A DNA stretch of 64,000 nucleotides from Octopus sinensis. Its lineage: Eukaryota. Position numbers and translations under genes: made by a program. Under the pieces are notes generated by a model. That model was not told the DNA's origin. It worked only from the letters and a program-made list of their open reading frames with translations, and searched no databases. The stretch is from positions 36,022,001-36,086,000 of the forward strand of contig NC_043006.1 in NCBI RefSeq assembly GCF_006345805.1. Reading direction: 5' to 3'. Below are positions 48,601 to 62,206 of this stretch, one piece after another (position 1 is the first letter of the stretch; every line of letters begins with the position of its first letter).

Positions 48601-50700
48601 CTTTGTAGCAGTTGACTATTATGCTGCTACACCAGTCATTGGGTATGACTCCTTCGTGTATCACCTGGTTAACTATACGGGTGACTAAGCTATAGCCGAC
48701 ACTACCAGATATTTTGAGCATCTCTGCAGTAATTCATGATGGGCCTGGGGCTTTCCCTGTTTTCATGCTTCTAATTGCCTTATCTACTAAGGAACTGTTA
48801 ACTCGGATTGCTGGTCCCTCTGTTGGGTCGACATTCGGGAGACTCTCTTTATCCCATTCATTTTCCTCATTCAGCAACCTTTCATAGTGGCGTCTCCAAG
48901 CCTCTCTCTTTGCATCCTCATTTAGCGCAAGTGAACCGTCATCCTTGCGAACACATTTCTCTCCTACCACGTCACGATTCTCTCTCACACACTGTCTTGC
49001 AACACGAAATACCTCAAGTCTTTCATCCTCACGGCGCAGGACATTGGCAAATTTTTCTTTATCTGCCTCCCCTCTGGCTAGATAGACCTGTCTCCTAGCT
49101 TCCCTTCTGGCAGTCTGATACACTTCCCTGCTACCACCGTTCTTCCAGGCCTTCCAAGCCTGTTTCTTTTGTCTAATAGCCCTGTCAACAATATTGTTCC
49201 ACCACCACGTTATTTTGGGTCTTAAGGGGACTTTGCACCAGCCACAGATCTGGTCAGCGGCTTTCAGCAGGTTGTCCCTCAGAAGCGTCTTCTACCCCAT
49301 GCGTAGCTATACCCCCTTCCATTTCGTCAAAGGCTTCAAGTAACATATCTCTAAATATCTGTCCATTCGCAGGGTCTTTAAGCTTCCAGACCCTTCTTCT
49401 CCATGTTGGTCGTCTTCTAGTCGCCCTCTTAGTCCTGATCCTAAAGTCACTAACTACCAGTCTATGTTGTGGGGTGCATTCTTCGCCTGGGAAGGTTTTG
49501 GCATTTATAAGCAGCCATCTTTCCCTTTTTCTGGCAAGGATGTAGTCGATTTGGCTAGTATGCCGGCCCGATCGGTAGGTGACCAGGTGGCTTGTCGGTT
49601 TCCTGAAGTTAGTGTTGCAAACCATAAGACTATTCGCATCGCAGAACTCCAGCAGCCTGGTTCCCTCCTCGTTGCGGGAATCATAACCGTAGCCTCCATG
49701 TACGCCATGGAAGCCCCCAGCATGACGTCCAACATGCCCATTGAAATCACCAGCCACAAAGAGAAGGTCCCTGTCGTTCGTCAATGAGGTGGTCTGCAGT
49801 AGGGTGTCATAGAAACTGTCTTTCTGTCCATCGGGTATCCCTGGCTGAGGGGCATAGGCCGATATAATGGTTGCTAATCTATTATGAAGCACTATTCTAA
49901 TCTTAAGTATTCTGTCACTTACTCTGATTACCTCAATTACTCTATCTACCCATTTCTCAGCGATAAGTATACCCACGCCACCGACCCCGTCAGTGTTCCC
50001 TGCCCAGAAAATCTTGTACCTGTGTTCCTTGCCTGTGAGGAACCTAGCAGATCCTCCTCTCCACCTTATTTCTTGCATGCAACATACATCAACCCATCTC
50101 CGTTCAAGCATCTCAACTATCTCGCCAGATCTACCTTTCAGTGTGCCAACGTTGAGGGTGCCCACCCTGAGGGAGTGGAAGGTATGGGCCCGAGAGGCCC
50201 AGGGACGGGGAGCAGTGGCGTCATGTACCTGAAAAGAAGAAGAAAGCTCGCATTTGGCAGAATTCATAAGCAGAGCAATGATCTTAAGTTCAACCTGTTA
50301 CACTACACTATCATGTTTTGCGCCGTATTTTCACCACCTTATATAGAAGGGGTGGTATTGGCTTAAGGCCTTTAGGTGTTCATGGAAGAAAAGCAAAGGA
50401 AGACAAGCTGAGATAAGGAGTTCCGGTACAGGCGGGAGGGCGGGCGCACCGCTCACTGGGAAGGATGAGATTTGGCAGCAGAAAGACAAGATTTGAGACG
50501 AAATGTTTTGCGATCGTGTGAATAAGTTTCAATGAGTGAAAGTTGGGAAGGATGGGGTAGAGATTAAGCGACAGAAAGACCAGATTTGAGACGAAGTGTT
50601 TTGCGGTCGTGTGAATAAGTTTCTGTAAGTGAAAGTTTATATGTTGTGGAGAAATGCTTCAGCTAGCATTTGAGACGAAAGACAACGATAAGGCTTGATG
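45622..50700 (-). mobile_element. near-full-length RTE-clade LINE (APE endonuclease plus RT), frameshifted, with a tandemly expanded 3' UTR and a (GAT)n tail
   Basis: APE 49254-50267 (GTLNVGTL, QEIRW, GDFNGHVG, SQIDY); linker 48734-49123; RT 48347-48721 and 47181-48350 (NYRGIKL, GVHQGSVLSPLLF, YADD). The KAFD motif is deleted near 48370. Tail ...GGACGTTAAAT(GAT)n. Confidence 0.95.
45870..47197 (-). repeat. four-copy tandem array of the RTE 3' UTR (periods 332, 321 and 318 bp)
   Basis: CCGGCACTGGTACCACAA occurs at 46047, 46379, 46700 and 47018. Confidence 0.9.
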
Positions 50701-50709
50701 GTGATAATA

Positions 50710-51440
50710 CATTATTATTATTATTATTATTATCATCATCATTATTTTATATCTCAGAGCGCTCGGTCGTGTTTGCTCTAGCTGATTCTGTGAGAGCGAA
50801 CAGCAGCCTATTGTTAGATGTCTCACAGGGTCTCTTTCCGCACATTATAAGCTTTGATAATTGGTTGTTAACTATCGTGGGAGACATTCAACACCCAAGT
50901 ACCAATCTCAAAATCGTTGCTGTCTCCAGCAAAGCAGTCTTGGGGCTTGTTCTGTTCTTATGTCAGTTACGATTTCTCTGATATATTTCTTGAACTTGGT
51001 TGTTAGTGCTCCGAGTGCCCCTGCAGCTCCTGGGATGACAGACACTCTCCTTATAATCCACGTTCTTGCAATTTCGACTTTTAGAAGTTTGTACTTTTCC
51101 ATTTATTCTAGTTCTTTGTCACTTATGCGTGCATCCTCAGGTATTGTAATATTATAATCTTGATTCCAATTTTATCCTTATCTAGCACAACAATATCGGG
51201 TTTCCGAGCACCGGTTAGAGTGTCACGTTGTATTGTAAAATCTTTTATTCGTTGTTCTCGGTGACTCCTTCTGGTTCATGTTCGTATCATTTCTGTGCTC
51301 TGTTCAGACCGTATTTTTCACGCAGTCTCAAGTGAAGAAACTTAGCCACGTTATCGTGCTCTTTTTGTAGCGCTTTTGGGACAGCTTGCTGCACTCACAA
51401 TATGTGAGATTGTTTCGTGTCTACTGTGACACATCCAACT
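50710..51440 (-). mobile_element. old 3' fragment of a REL-type (R4/Dong-like) LINE
   Basis: Reads ETISHIV..C, ARKPDIVVLDK, EKYKLLKVEIARTW...VIPGAAGALG, then a 3' UTR and an AAT/GAT tail at 50710-50745. Confidence 0.75.
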
Positions 51441-51469
51441 AAGGAGCGATTTGCTACTCTTATCTATTT

Positions 51470-52135
51470 GGAACTTGGTGTAATCAGAGCTTGTTCTTGA
51501 GGGCTTCAGTGCATCCTCTTGACCAGACTGTTTCAGAGGACTTTCCGGTTGGGGAAACTATCATGCTTAATTTCCAGATGTCCTTGGCCTGGCATCGCTA
51601 CCGGTATGAAATAAACTCTACAGGTACGGATGTGCTGTCCGACGGTCTTGTCCGAGGTTCGCGCAGAGGGACGAAACCGTTCAGCGTCCGGGCATTGCTT
51701 GTTTGTGGGGTTATGTCGAATAGTTGCTGTCACGTGTGGGAAGGACCCGTCTATCGGCCGAGACTGTAGTGATGATAACACCGCTGCTCTCCTTCAATCG
51801 GGTGGGCAAGGCAGTTTTTCTGCGTCTGTGAGTCAGAGAGAAGGAATTGGAGAGGATATTTGCTCCTGGGGTTTCGAGGAAATCTCAGACAGTGGAGTTC
51901 CTTGCTTATCCCTAGAAGCCTTCCTGTATCAGGAGAGCCACATCTCTCACCCTCCCATACAATATTTTTCTTACTTTTGTATGCTATGCATATGTCCCTT
52001 CTTTTTCAGTGTATACCGTGTATACTTTCTTTCTTTCCCTTTTTTTTATCATTTTATTATATTAAACACCCACACTCTGTGTCTGTCTATGTATTGCTCT
52101 CACCATCCCTCGCCAATTGTGGAAAATAAATGAAA
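51470..52135 (+). mobile_element. decayed 3' end of a Tx1/L1-clade LINE
   Basis: With frameshifts it reads LTRLFQRTF, NFQMSLAWHRY, LPV*NKLYRYGCAVRRSCPRFAQRDETV and LLSRVGRTRLSAE; T-rich 3' UTR with AATAAA near 52125. Confidence 0.6.
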
Positions 52136-52149
52136 TCCTCCTCCTCCTT

Positions 52150-52227
<78 letters not shown>

Positions 52228-52270
52228 ATTATTATTATTACTATTACTATTATTATTATTATTATTATTA
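52150..52270. repeat. (ATT)n microsatellite at the 3' end of a REL LINE
   Basis: Direct reading. Confidence 0.95.
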
Positions 52271-54536
52271 CTTTTTTTTTCTTCTTTCAAATTTGCTTCC
52301 ATTTCTTGCCGAGTGTCTTCCCGACTCCTAGGGCAAAGAAACTCATAGTATTCATTGGTAGGCCATTAACCCAAACTCAGTAGTTCGTTAATTTTAAAAA
52401 ATTCTTTTTTTTAAGTTAAATTAAAATACATGAGCAGCAACAGTTCTCACATCGACAATGCTCTTCTCAATACGTGTGATGTACCAGTTAAGACAATCTT
52501 TTGCACTTCTTGCAGGGATGGTAAGCCAGGGATCATTCTCATATAATTTTCGGTTCCCTTCTTGATCATTCCTAGTGCTCCTACGATCACTGGTATTGTA
52601 ACCGCCTTGAGATGCCACATTTTCTCAATTTCAATGAGTAGGTCTTTATATTTTCTGAGCTTGTCAAACTCTTTCGCTGAGATATTATGATCACAGGGGA
52701 TGCTCATGTCGATCAATAAGCAAACTTTATTGTTTTGGTCTTTCACAACAATATCTGGTTTATTGGCCTTGATGGTTCGGTCTGTATGTACTGGAAAGTC
52801 CCACAGAATGGTTACATTTTCTCCTTCAGTTACAGCCTCGGGGTGGTGATTATACCACTTGTCAGCAGTTTTGATATTGTAATGCCGACTTCGACTTATT
52901 AGCCAGTGGAGATATTGGCCAACTCTGTCATGTCTTAATTTATACTCCACTGGTGCTAAGACTTTACATCCAGAGATTAGGTGGTCCACTGTTTCAATCA
53001 TGTCGTTGCAGAATCGGCATTTTGGGTCTGCTCCATTTTTCATCACATTGGCCTGGTAGTTCCGGGTTAATAGGCTTTGATCTTGAGCAGCCAGGATGAA
53101 ACCTTCGCTCTCTGCTTTTAGCCCTGAGCTCCGTAGCCACTGATGGGTTTGCTTCTGGTCAACATCAGCTTATTTGCTGCGGGTCACATATTTGCCGTGC
53201 AGAGGTTTCTCCTCCCACCTATCAGCCAATTGCTCGTGCGCTTTTTTCATTGCCATCATTTTCACCTTCTTTGCAACAATAGTTGCCGTACTTCCCTCGA
53301 GTTGTTCAGTTTGGGTATCCTGCACGAGATCAATAGCAAATTTTTTGCTTTCCTTTATGATAGAATGAAGCTTCTTTCGTCTCTCGTGATTTTCCACGAG
53401 CTTTAGCATCCAGTCATTCGATATTTCGAGATATTTGGCCAGTCCAATTGTGGTTGTTTTGTAAGCTAGTTCAAATTGGATCAGGCCTCGACCTCCTTAG
53501 GCTCTGGGAAGGTAAAGGCGATCTACGTCTGCCTTTGGGTGGTGCATCCTATTACAACTCAGCAGCTTGCGTATTTTTCTATCTATATTCTTTACTTCAC
53601 TCATATTCCAGTTCAACACATTGTAGCTATAAGTAACAACTGGAACTGCTAAGGAATTTATAGCTAACACCTTGTTACGTGCATTTAGTTCAGATTTCAG
53701 GACTGCACGAACTCTCCTATAACATTCCTTCCTGATTTTCTCTTTCATGGTTGCATGCTGAATACCAGAGCCTTCATTTATCCCTAAATATTTGTATGTT
53801 TGTTCTTGCTCAAGCTCTCTTATGACTGTGTCAACATCTAACACGACTGAATTTGTGGTCTTCACTTTCCCTTTCTGGAAAGTGGCCTTGGCACACTTCT
53901 CAAGTCCAAACTCCATCTCGATGTCATCGCTGAATGCTTTCACGGTGCGCAATAGGCCTTCAAGTTCATTATTGTCTTTACCATAAAGTTTTAAGTCATC
54001 CATATAAAATAGATGGCTTATTTTTTTATTGGCAATTTTATACCCATACCCTGTTCTGTTTAATTCACTTGTAAGGGGTGTTAGGGCTATGCAGAATATT
54101 AAAGGTGAAAGTGAGTCACCTTGAAAAATTCCACAGTTGATGTTTATATTTTCTGAGGCAAGTACTCCATTAGAGTGGTATAATTGGAGATTCGTATTCC
54201 ACAACGACATATTGTGCTTCAGGAAGTTTGAAATCACAGGGGAAATTTTGAAGATGTCCAGCGATCTCAAGATCCATGGATGCGGTATACTGTCGAAGGC
54301 CTTTTTATAGTCAATCCATGCGGTGCTGAGATTTCTGCGCTTGTTGTGACAGTTCTCAAGGATCATACGATTGATTAGCAGTTGATCTTTGCATCCGTAA
54401 GAGCCTCGGCGGCACCCTTTTTGTTCAATGAGGAAAATATCGTTCTTCTCCATGAATGCATATGTTTTCTCCGCCAGGATAGATGTTAGGATTTTATACG
54501 TGGTGGATAGACAGGTTATAGGCCGATAGTTTTTTG

Positions 54537-54537
<1 letters not shown>
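52270..54537 (-). mobile_element. 5'-truncated REL-type (R4/Dong-like) LINE: RT, CCHC knuckle and PD-(D/E)xK endonuclease
   Basis: Contains WIDYKKAFDS, GIFQGDSLSP, YMDD, CRFCNDMIETVDHLISGC and ANKPDIV..IDMSIP..KLRKY. Split across ORFs 53497-54453, 53170-53409 and 52447-53046. (TAA)n on both sides. Confidence 0.92.
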
Positions 54538-54599
<62 letters not shown>

Positions 54600-54600
<1 letters not shown>

Positions 54601-54932
54601 CTTTTTTTTCTTCTTTCAAATTTGCTTCCATTTCTTGCCGAGGGTCTTCCCGACTCCTAGGGCAAAGAAATTCATAGTATACATTGGTAGGCCATTAAAC
54701 TAAACTCACTAGTTCGTTCATTTTTTTTAAAGTTAATATAAAATTATTAACTTTTTCATCATGAAAGAGAAAATCAGGAGGGAATGTTATAGGAGAGTTC
54801 GTGCAGTCCTGAAATCTGAACTAAATGCACGTAACAAGGTGTTAGCTATAAATTCCTTAGCAGTTCCAGTTGTTACTTATAGCTACAATGTGTTGAACTG
54901 GAATATGAGTGAAGTAAAGAATATAGATGAAA
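54600..54932 (-). mobile_element. short copy of the same REL LINE: 3' UTR joined to an inverted RT fragment
   Basis: 54601-54745 repeats the 52270-52420 UTR. 54760-54932 is a near-exact reverse complement of about 53575-53750. Flanked by (TTA)n tracts. Confidence 0.85.
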
Positions 54933-54934
54933 AA

Positions 54935-55052
<118 letters not shown>

Positions 55053-55066
55053 ATTATTATTATTAA

Positions 55067-55445
55067 TAAGGTGGTGAGCTGGCAGAATCATTGGCACATC
55101 TTTACGTTCGGAGTTCAAATTCGGCCGGGGTAGACTTTGCATTTCGTCCTTTCGAGGTTGATGAAATAAGTACCAGTTACATACTGGGGTCGATATAATA
55201 GATTAGTTCCCACCCCAACATTTCAGGCCTTGTGTCATTAGTAGAAAGGGTGATTAAGGTGGTGAGCTTTCAGAATCGTTAACACGTCAGACAAAATACT
55301 TAACTGTATTTCTTCCGGGCTTTACATTATGGGTTCAAATGCCGCCGAGGTCGACTTTTGCATTTTATCTTTGCAGGCTGGATCGGTCAATGTAATCCAC
55401 TTACCCACTCGCACGAAATTGCTGGCCTTGTGCCAAAAATTGAAA
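55067..55445 (+). mobile_element. two degenerate SINE (family A-like) copies
   Basis: The TAAGGTGGTGAGCT head occurs at about 55067 and 55255. Confidence 0.7.
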
Positions 55446-55462
55446 TCATCATCATCATCACC

Positions 55463-57994
55463 TTTATTATTATTATTATTCTTCTATGTTTGACTTTTGC
55501 TTTATGTCTGTATAAGTTGGCTCCAAGTCTCACCCAGAGACCTCAAGAGACAACAGGTTGGAAGTTCTGTGCCATATATTTGGGTTTTTTTTTTGGTGTT
55601 GTACTAGTGAATGCCTAATACATAAAATAAAAAATAAATAAATAAAAAATAAATAAATAAATAAACAAAAAAGTTTGTTTTAAACCTTGGGATTACATAG
55701 AGAGTATGTTGCGTAGGATATGAGCAGTTCCCATGAGCACTATCTTTTGAATTTCTGCCATTTTGGGGTTTCCTGGTATCTGAGTTAGGTAGCAATCAGT
55801 CCCTTTCGCTATCATTCCCAGGGCACCTATGACAACAGGTATTGTTTTAGTCTTCAGCTTCCACATTTTGCTGATTTCTATTTCAAGATCTTTATATTTG
55901 CTCAGTTTTTGGTAGGTCTTGACAGATACGTTTATATCGATTGGGACAGTCATATCAATGAGGAGGCATGTTCTTTGTCTGAAGTCTTTCAATATAATGT
56001 CTGGCCTATTTGCATCTATCTTCCTGTCAGTTTGAATGGTGAAGTTCCAGAGGAGTGAGATGTGGTCATTTTCAAGCACAGGAGGTGGATTGTGTTCCCA
56101 CCAGTTTTTTTCATGGGGCAAATCCAGGTTTTTGCAAATTACCCAGTGAATATATTGTGCAGCTCTATCATGCCTACTGAGGTACTCTGTAGGCGCTAGA
56201 AGACTGCATTTGGAGACAACATGGTCAATGGTTTCATTTTGTTGTCGGCATACACGACATGTTGGACTACTGCCGTTCTTTAATATGTTGGCCTGGTAGT
56301 TTCTTGTTGGTAGGCATTGATCTTGAGCTGCTATGATAAACCCCTCTGTTTCAGATTTTAAGATAGAGGCCATTAGCCATTGATGGGTCAGGGCTTTGTC
56401 GATATCTGCATTATTCGCTCTCTTTGGGTATTTGCCATAGAGAGGTTTTTCTTGCCATTTATTATTCAGAATATCTAAGGCCGCAGTTTTGGCACGGGTT
56501 TTCATGCGCCTAGCTTTTTCTGTGCTTGTTTCTTGTATATCAATCTCTAATTCCGAAATTGGTTGTTTTCGGAATTCACTTAGATATTCCTTTGCCTGTT
56601 TTGTTACTGAGTATGATGCTTTCTTGTTTTCATGTTTTGAGACAAGTTTTAACATCCAGTCCTCAGAGTTTTTCAGGTAGGTGTCTAGGCCAATTGTAGC
56701 AATCTTCATTGTTATTGCCAGTTGCAAAAGACCACGGCCTCCCTCTTTTCTTGGCAGATAGAGTCGTTCTGTATCTGCCTTAGGGTGGTGCATTCTATGC
56801 ATTGTCAACAGTTTCCTTATTTTTCTGTCGAGCTGACATATTTCAGTAATTGACCAGTTAACAATATTGAAACTGTAAGTCACGACTGGTATGGCTAATG
56901 CATTGATCGCTTCGATCCTGTTTCTTGCATTCAGCTCTGTCTTGAGTATTGCTCTCACTCTTCGATAGCATTCTCTCCTGATCCTTTCCTTCATCTCCGA
57001 GTGCCTTATTCCGTTCCCTTCAATTACCCCTAGGTACTTGTAGCTCTCCGCTGGGTCTGGTTCTTTTATGACATTCTGCTGGTCAAGGTTAACGTTAGAT
57101 GTTTCTGTCATTTTTCCTTTGATAAAGGTAGCTTTTGCACATTTATCGAGGCCGAATTGCATTCTTATGTCGTCACTGAATTGTTTGATTATCGCTAGTA
57201 AGCCCTTGAGTTGTTGGTCATTTTTTGCAAAAAGCTTTAAATCATCCATGTAAATGAGATGATTTATATTTTTATCAAACATTTTATACCCGTACTGCGC
57301 GTCATTGAGCAGCTTTGAGAGAGGTATTAAGGATAAACAAAAGAGGAGTGGTGACAGTGAGTCACCCTGGAAAATGCCACACGAAATTTTTACATCACCA
57401 GCATTTAGGGATTCATTGTCACTGTTCAGAGTTAGTGTGGTTCTCTATGATCTCATACTTACAGTCAAGAAGTTTCGCAGAGTAGGTGCTATCTTATACA
57501 TTTCCAGGCATTTCCTAATCCAGCTATGTGGTAGGCTATCAAAAGCCTTTTTATATTCTATCCAGGCTATTGATAAGTTTTTGTGTCGTTTGTGACAATC
57601 TTCTAAGATCATCTTATTGATGAGTAGTTGGTCTTTACAGCCGTAGGATCCACGTTTACATCCTTTCTGTTCATTAGGGAATATGCTGCTGTCTGTTAAA
57701 AAAACTATAGGTATATTCCGTCAGGACAGATGTTAGTGTTTTGTACATAGTTGTTAAGCAGGTTATGAGTCTATAGTTTTTTGGTTCATTTGTTTCTTCA
57801 CTTTTTGGAAGCTGGAATGTTAACCCATTAACTAGCCAAGGAGGCATCCTACTAGGGTGTTGCAAAACATCATTGTACAGTTCTGTTAGCAGTTCATGGC
57901 TCTCTGGGAAGGCATTCAGCCAGAAGTTAGGAATTTTATCCTTTCCTGGAGACTTCCAGTTGCTTGACCTCCTGAGAGCAGATCTTATATCTTC

Positions 57995-57995
<1 letters not shown>
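55463..57995 (-). mobile_element. second family of 5'-truncated REL-type (R4/Dong-like) LINE, with a 529-aa open C-terminal frame
   Basis: ORF 55693-57282 has YMDD, CRVCRQQNETIDHVVSKC and DANRPDII..IDMTVP..KLSKY. The upstream RT is frameshifted to 57990. (TAA)n at both ends. Confidence 0.93.
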
Positions 57996-58047
<52 letters not shown>

Positions 58048-58314
58048 TATTATTATCATTATTGCGAGGACATTACTGAAAACGTTAACATAACAGATCA
58101 ATCAATTGAAAACCTATAAAACTAGAAATCTCTCTCTCTCTTTTTCTCGCTCTCATTCTCTCTCTCTTTTTCTCGCTCTCCTTCTCTCTCTCTCTTCCCG
58201 TCTCTCTCTCTCTCTCTGTCCCGCTTTCTCCCAGTCTGTCTGTTTGTCTCTTTGATTTTTGACCGCTTCTTCCATCGGTTTGATTCATGCTATTTCCACT
58301 TTATCTATTTTCAG

Positions 58315-58461
58315 GGTATCGTCTGCTCTATAATGGAAAGCACCGCATTAATATTTTTTCTTATGATAGTCGGTCCCAAACTTCATCCAATTATCCTTAT
58401 CCCGCTACTAAGCAGTGTGCTCTGCTTGCAGATAATTTCACTATATATTAAACAGGGAACA
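58315..58461 (+). CDS. CHS: chitin synthase exon (GIVCSIMESTALIFFLMIVGPKLHPIILIPLLSSVLCLQIISLYIKQGT)
   Basis: Acceptor TTTATCTATTTTCAG and donor ACA|GTAAGT; 147 nt, phase 0/0; two hydrophobic segments matching the E..G/A..F..P.L motif of CHS TM3-4. Confidence 0.85.
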
Positions 58462-59199
58462 GTAAGTATTTAACTATTTGGAGATATCTCAGTTGTTTAA
58501 TGCGTTCCTTTGCATTTATTGATATGCATGTATATAAAAAGCTCAGACTGGATAACGCTTGGAAAATTAACGAACGTACACACCGCATACATTACCATAC
58601 ATTAACATATCTATTTTATATATCCTTTCCATGGATGTGTATCCATGTTTCTTGTGGAAATATGTGAAGAGTGATATTGTACCGTCCATGGATGCACGAT
58701 TATATAACGGTGTCATGAAGTTCAATGACATCGTTTTATAACTTATGTACACAGACTGTCAAAATATGAACTTTATTCTACATCTGTATTGTGTATTCTT
58801 TATCCGATTCGTGAAATTTTTTTATATTGCATACATACATACATACATACATACATTATGGCTTCCCCCTCGTTATCGAGTATGGCCATTGCACGAAGCT
58901 TAACTGTTACTGGTGCTGTGATCGAATGTGACATACATACATACATATATACATACATACATACATACATACATACAGACTGACAGACAGACAGACAGAC
59001 AGGAAACACTTCAACAATAATTGCCCGCTCACGCGTATATGTTAGCACTCAGGTGTATACATGTATTGTGTGAATGTGATTACACCGATACAAATGCGCA
59101 TATCTCTAGTGTAGATAGAATGAGGCTATCTAAACAACAAGTATGGTATTTGTCTTTGAGCAGTTTATTGAGAGGCCAACTTCAATGGCTGCAGAAGTA

Positions 59200-59970
59200 T
59201 GAGGAGAGTTTGAGCATTTGTGATTGAATGTGAGACGAGGGCGATGATATCCGCGAAGTCGAAACCAGTAAGGTAGGATACTGGACGACATGAACCTTGC
59301 CGGGAACAGAGAGTTATGCTTTGTTCAAATATTGTAGCATGCCGCAATACATGACCCAAGATTATAGTGAAAAGGAAAGGCGCTAAGGTGTCCTCTTGGA
59401 GTACTCCTGCGAATGTGACGGTGCCTCCGTCAGGGGTGCATACGAGACATTTGTAGTTTGCATAGATAGAGAGGATAGCATTTACAACTTCATTTGTCTT
59501 GCTATTAGCATAGAGAATCTGGAACATTCGCTTACGGTGGACAAAGAAAAAAGCTTTGGGGGAAATTCCTAGAGTAGGCGCACAAAGACATAAGTTTCTT
59601 TGCTGAGATGGTTTCAATGAAACAGTGAAGAGGTAAAATAGGTTCGAGAGTGGAGAGGCCTTTGCGAAAGTTGTATTGGTTTTGATCTGAGTAGTGTTTC
59701 GATAGGGTTTCGGATGTAATGAACATGATACAGTTGAAGAGTTTTGCTGAGCATGACATCAGGATGATGCCATGATACGAGCCATATTCTGATAGATCTC
59801 TCTTCTTCGGAACAGGAATGATGCGGTTCAGCTTGAATTTCGATGGAGCTTGAGTGGGGATGTAAGTAGAATTTAGAATAGGAAGAAGTCTGTGGTGATT
59901 TGCCTACTGTTAACTGCTTCTTTTATACGGTTAATTTGCTCTTCGATGTACGCCTTTTGGTTTGCATTGT
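59200..59970 (-). mobile_element. decayed RTE-type RT fragment
   Basis: Reads NQYNFRKGLST, GVLQEDTLAPFLFTIIL and LTGFDFADIIALVS. Confidence 0.8.
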
Positions 59971-60882
59971 ACTTCTGAGCTAAGGCTAAAGACGAAACTC
60001 TACAGCATTAAATGAGAGATTATCAGTTGTTAAATCCTATAATATTGGTAAAAGATGCTGAAATTTAAATGTAGACGAAATCTATCAAATCTTGACTTCG
60101 AAATTTAAACTTCTTAATAACCATCAAGATTCTGTTTTATCTTGTAAACATTCCTCTAAATATGTATTTCGAAAATACAATAAAATAAAATAAATTATAA
60201 TTAAATATTATTCGATAAAATACGATAAATAAATATATTATATTATTTTGGATGTTATGACAACATATGTCTTTTAATCAGTAAACAAAATAGAGGTCTA
60301 ATAACAGCACAATTTGAAGACGTAAAGCACAAATTCCTTATATTAAATACCCAAACAAATCATGTGATACACATTATACAAAACCCTGGATTAATACAAA
60401 TTAAATAGATAAAATAATTTCAAATAACTATAAAGATTAAGTTGTAATTTTTAATTAATAATAAAGTTTATTTTTTCATATCCATGAATTTAATAATTAA
60501 AATTTATAATTATTGACAATCTTACTGGTAAACATAATGCATATTAATGCAGATGCAGCTTTAATGGTCCCTTTGTTTTAAAATAAGTTAACATGCACAC
60601 ACACAAATAATTATATACGGAACTAATACGCGTATATATTATTTTTATTTTTACTTTTTGTTTTTATTATAAAACAGTAATGCGCACAAGTATACATTAC
60701 TAAACGAATTCGTTTATTCTTTCAAACACGCATACACACACACATAAATTAGTAAAATCTATAGACATACAAATTCATAATGGCTTATATAGTTTTATTT
60801 ATTTCTATTCGTATTTTGTCTGATTTATTTTAATTTTAATTTTTATTATATTTTATTTCATTTTCTTATATATATACATACA

Positions 60883-60918
<36 letters not shown>

Positions 60919-60920
60919 TA

Positions 60921-61021
<101 letters not shown>

Positions 61022-61289
61022 TATTATATATATATATATATATACATATATATATACATATATATATATACACATATATATATTTAAATTTAACGGTCTT
61101 TTCACATGTCAACAATATTTTCAGCTTAATGAACTAACAAATACTTTGTATATAAGATACACATGTGTCTTATATTGACAATTTCATTAGTAACTTATAC
61201 GAAATGCTACCATGTAATCTGGCCCACCGTTGGAAAATACCAAATTCTTAATACTTTTGTACTTACTTCTCTCTTTTCTTATTTTCCAG

Positions 61290-62206
61290 TACACATGGGG
61301 CTATGATAACACCGACTCAAATACTAAATGTCTGAAGAATCTACTCTGTACTGCAATCGGAATAATTTCCGTGACATTAGTTGTGGCCACATCATTTGTG
61401 ACTGGTTTTAGTCAAATCTTAACTATTTCAGAATCTCTCATTTTGCCCACATCCTTATTGGCTTTATCTTTCACGTGGTGCCCTGGAATAGCAAAGTTTA
61501 TAATACGATCTCGAGATGACCTCGTTGATGGTCGTAAAAATGCCAGTATTATTTATACTATTTTGAAATTAGTAGCGCTTATTGTCTTAACCGTTATTAT
61601 AACTTACTTAAATCGGCAGGACAGCTTCGAAGAATCATTTTACAGCATAATACAAGGTTTCCGTAATATATACTCAACAAAAATCATCAGAGATGGACTC
61701 TTGATTCACCTCTTTGCTGGTTTATTATCTCATGTATCTACTTACATATCAACACGAATATGCCTTACACGTAGTGGTATTTACCTACCAACAATATTTG
61801 TCACTCCGATCACAATCTTGATCATCATTGTTGACAATTTCTATGGAGTTTTTCATATCGTAAAGTTGTCTGCCCTGTCAGGATTTACTATTGCTTCGTG
61901 GTTTTGTTTCGGAATTGCAATTTTACTATGGTTGTTACCATTTGTAATGCTGGGCATGAACCATACACCTGTACCAAATTCCATACTGAAACCTTCGGAA
62001 TCGAACTTCTTAAGTTTTTCTTACAACAATATCTTCCTCGAACATCATTTGCATTTGAATTACAAACCAGAAGGAATTCATACCAAACATAAAAAGACGA
62101 GTGACATGTTGACCGGGGTATCCAAAGTGAGCAAAGTTTTTATATGTACAACCATGTATAGAGAAGCAGAATTCGAAATGAAGCGACTCCTGAAAAGTTT
62201 AGAAGG
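61290..62206 (+). CDS. CHS: chitin synthase large exon (multi-TM region to the start of the catalytic domain, ...VFICTTMYREAEFEMKRLLKSLE)
   Basis: Acceptor CTCTTTTCTTATTTTCCAG and donor GG|GTAAAT; 917 nt open. ICTTMYRE..EM is the first conserved catalytic-domain block. Confidence 0.95.
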
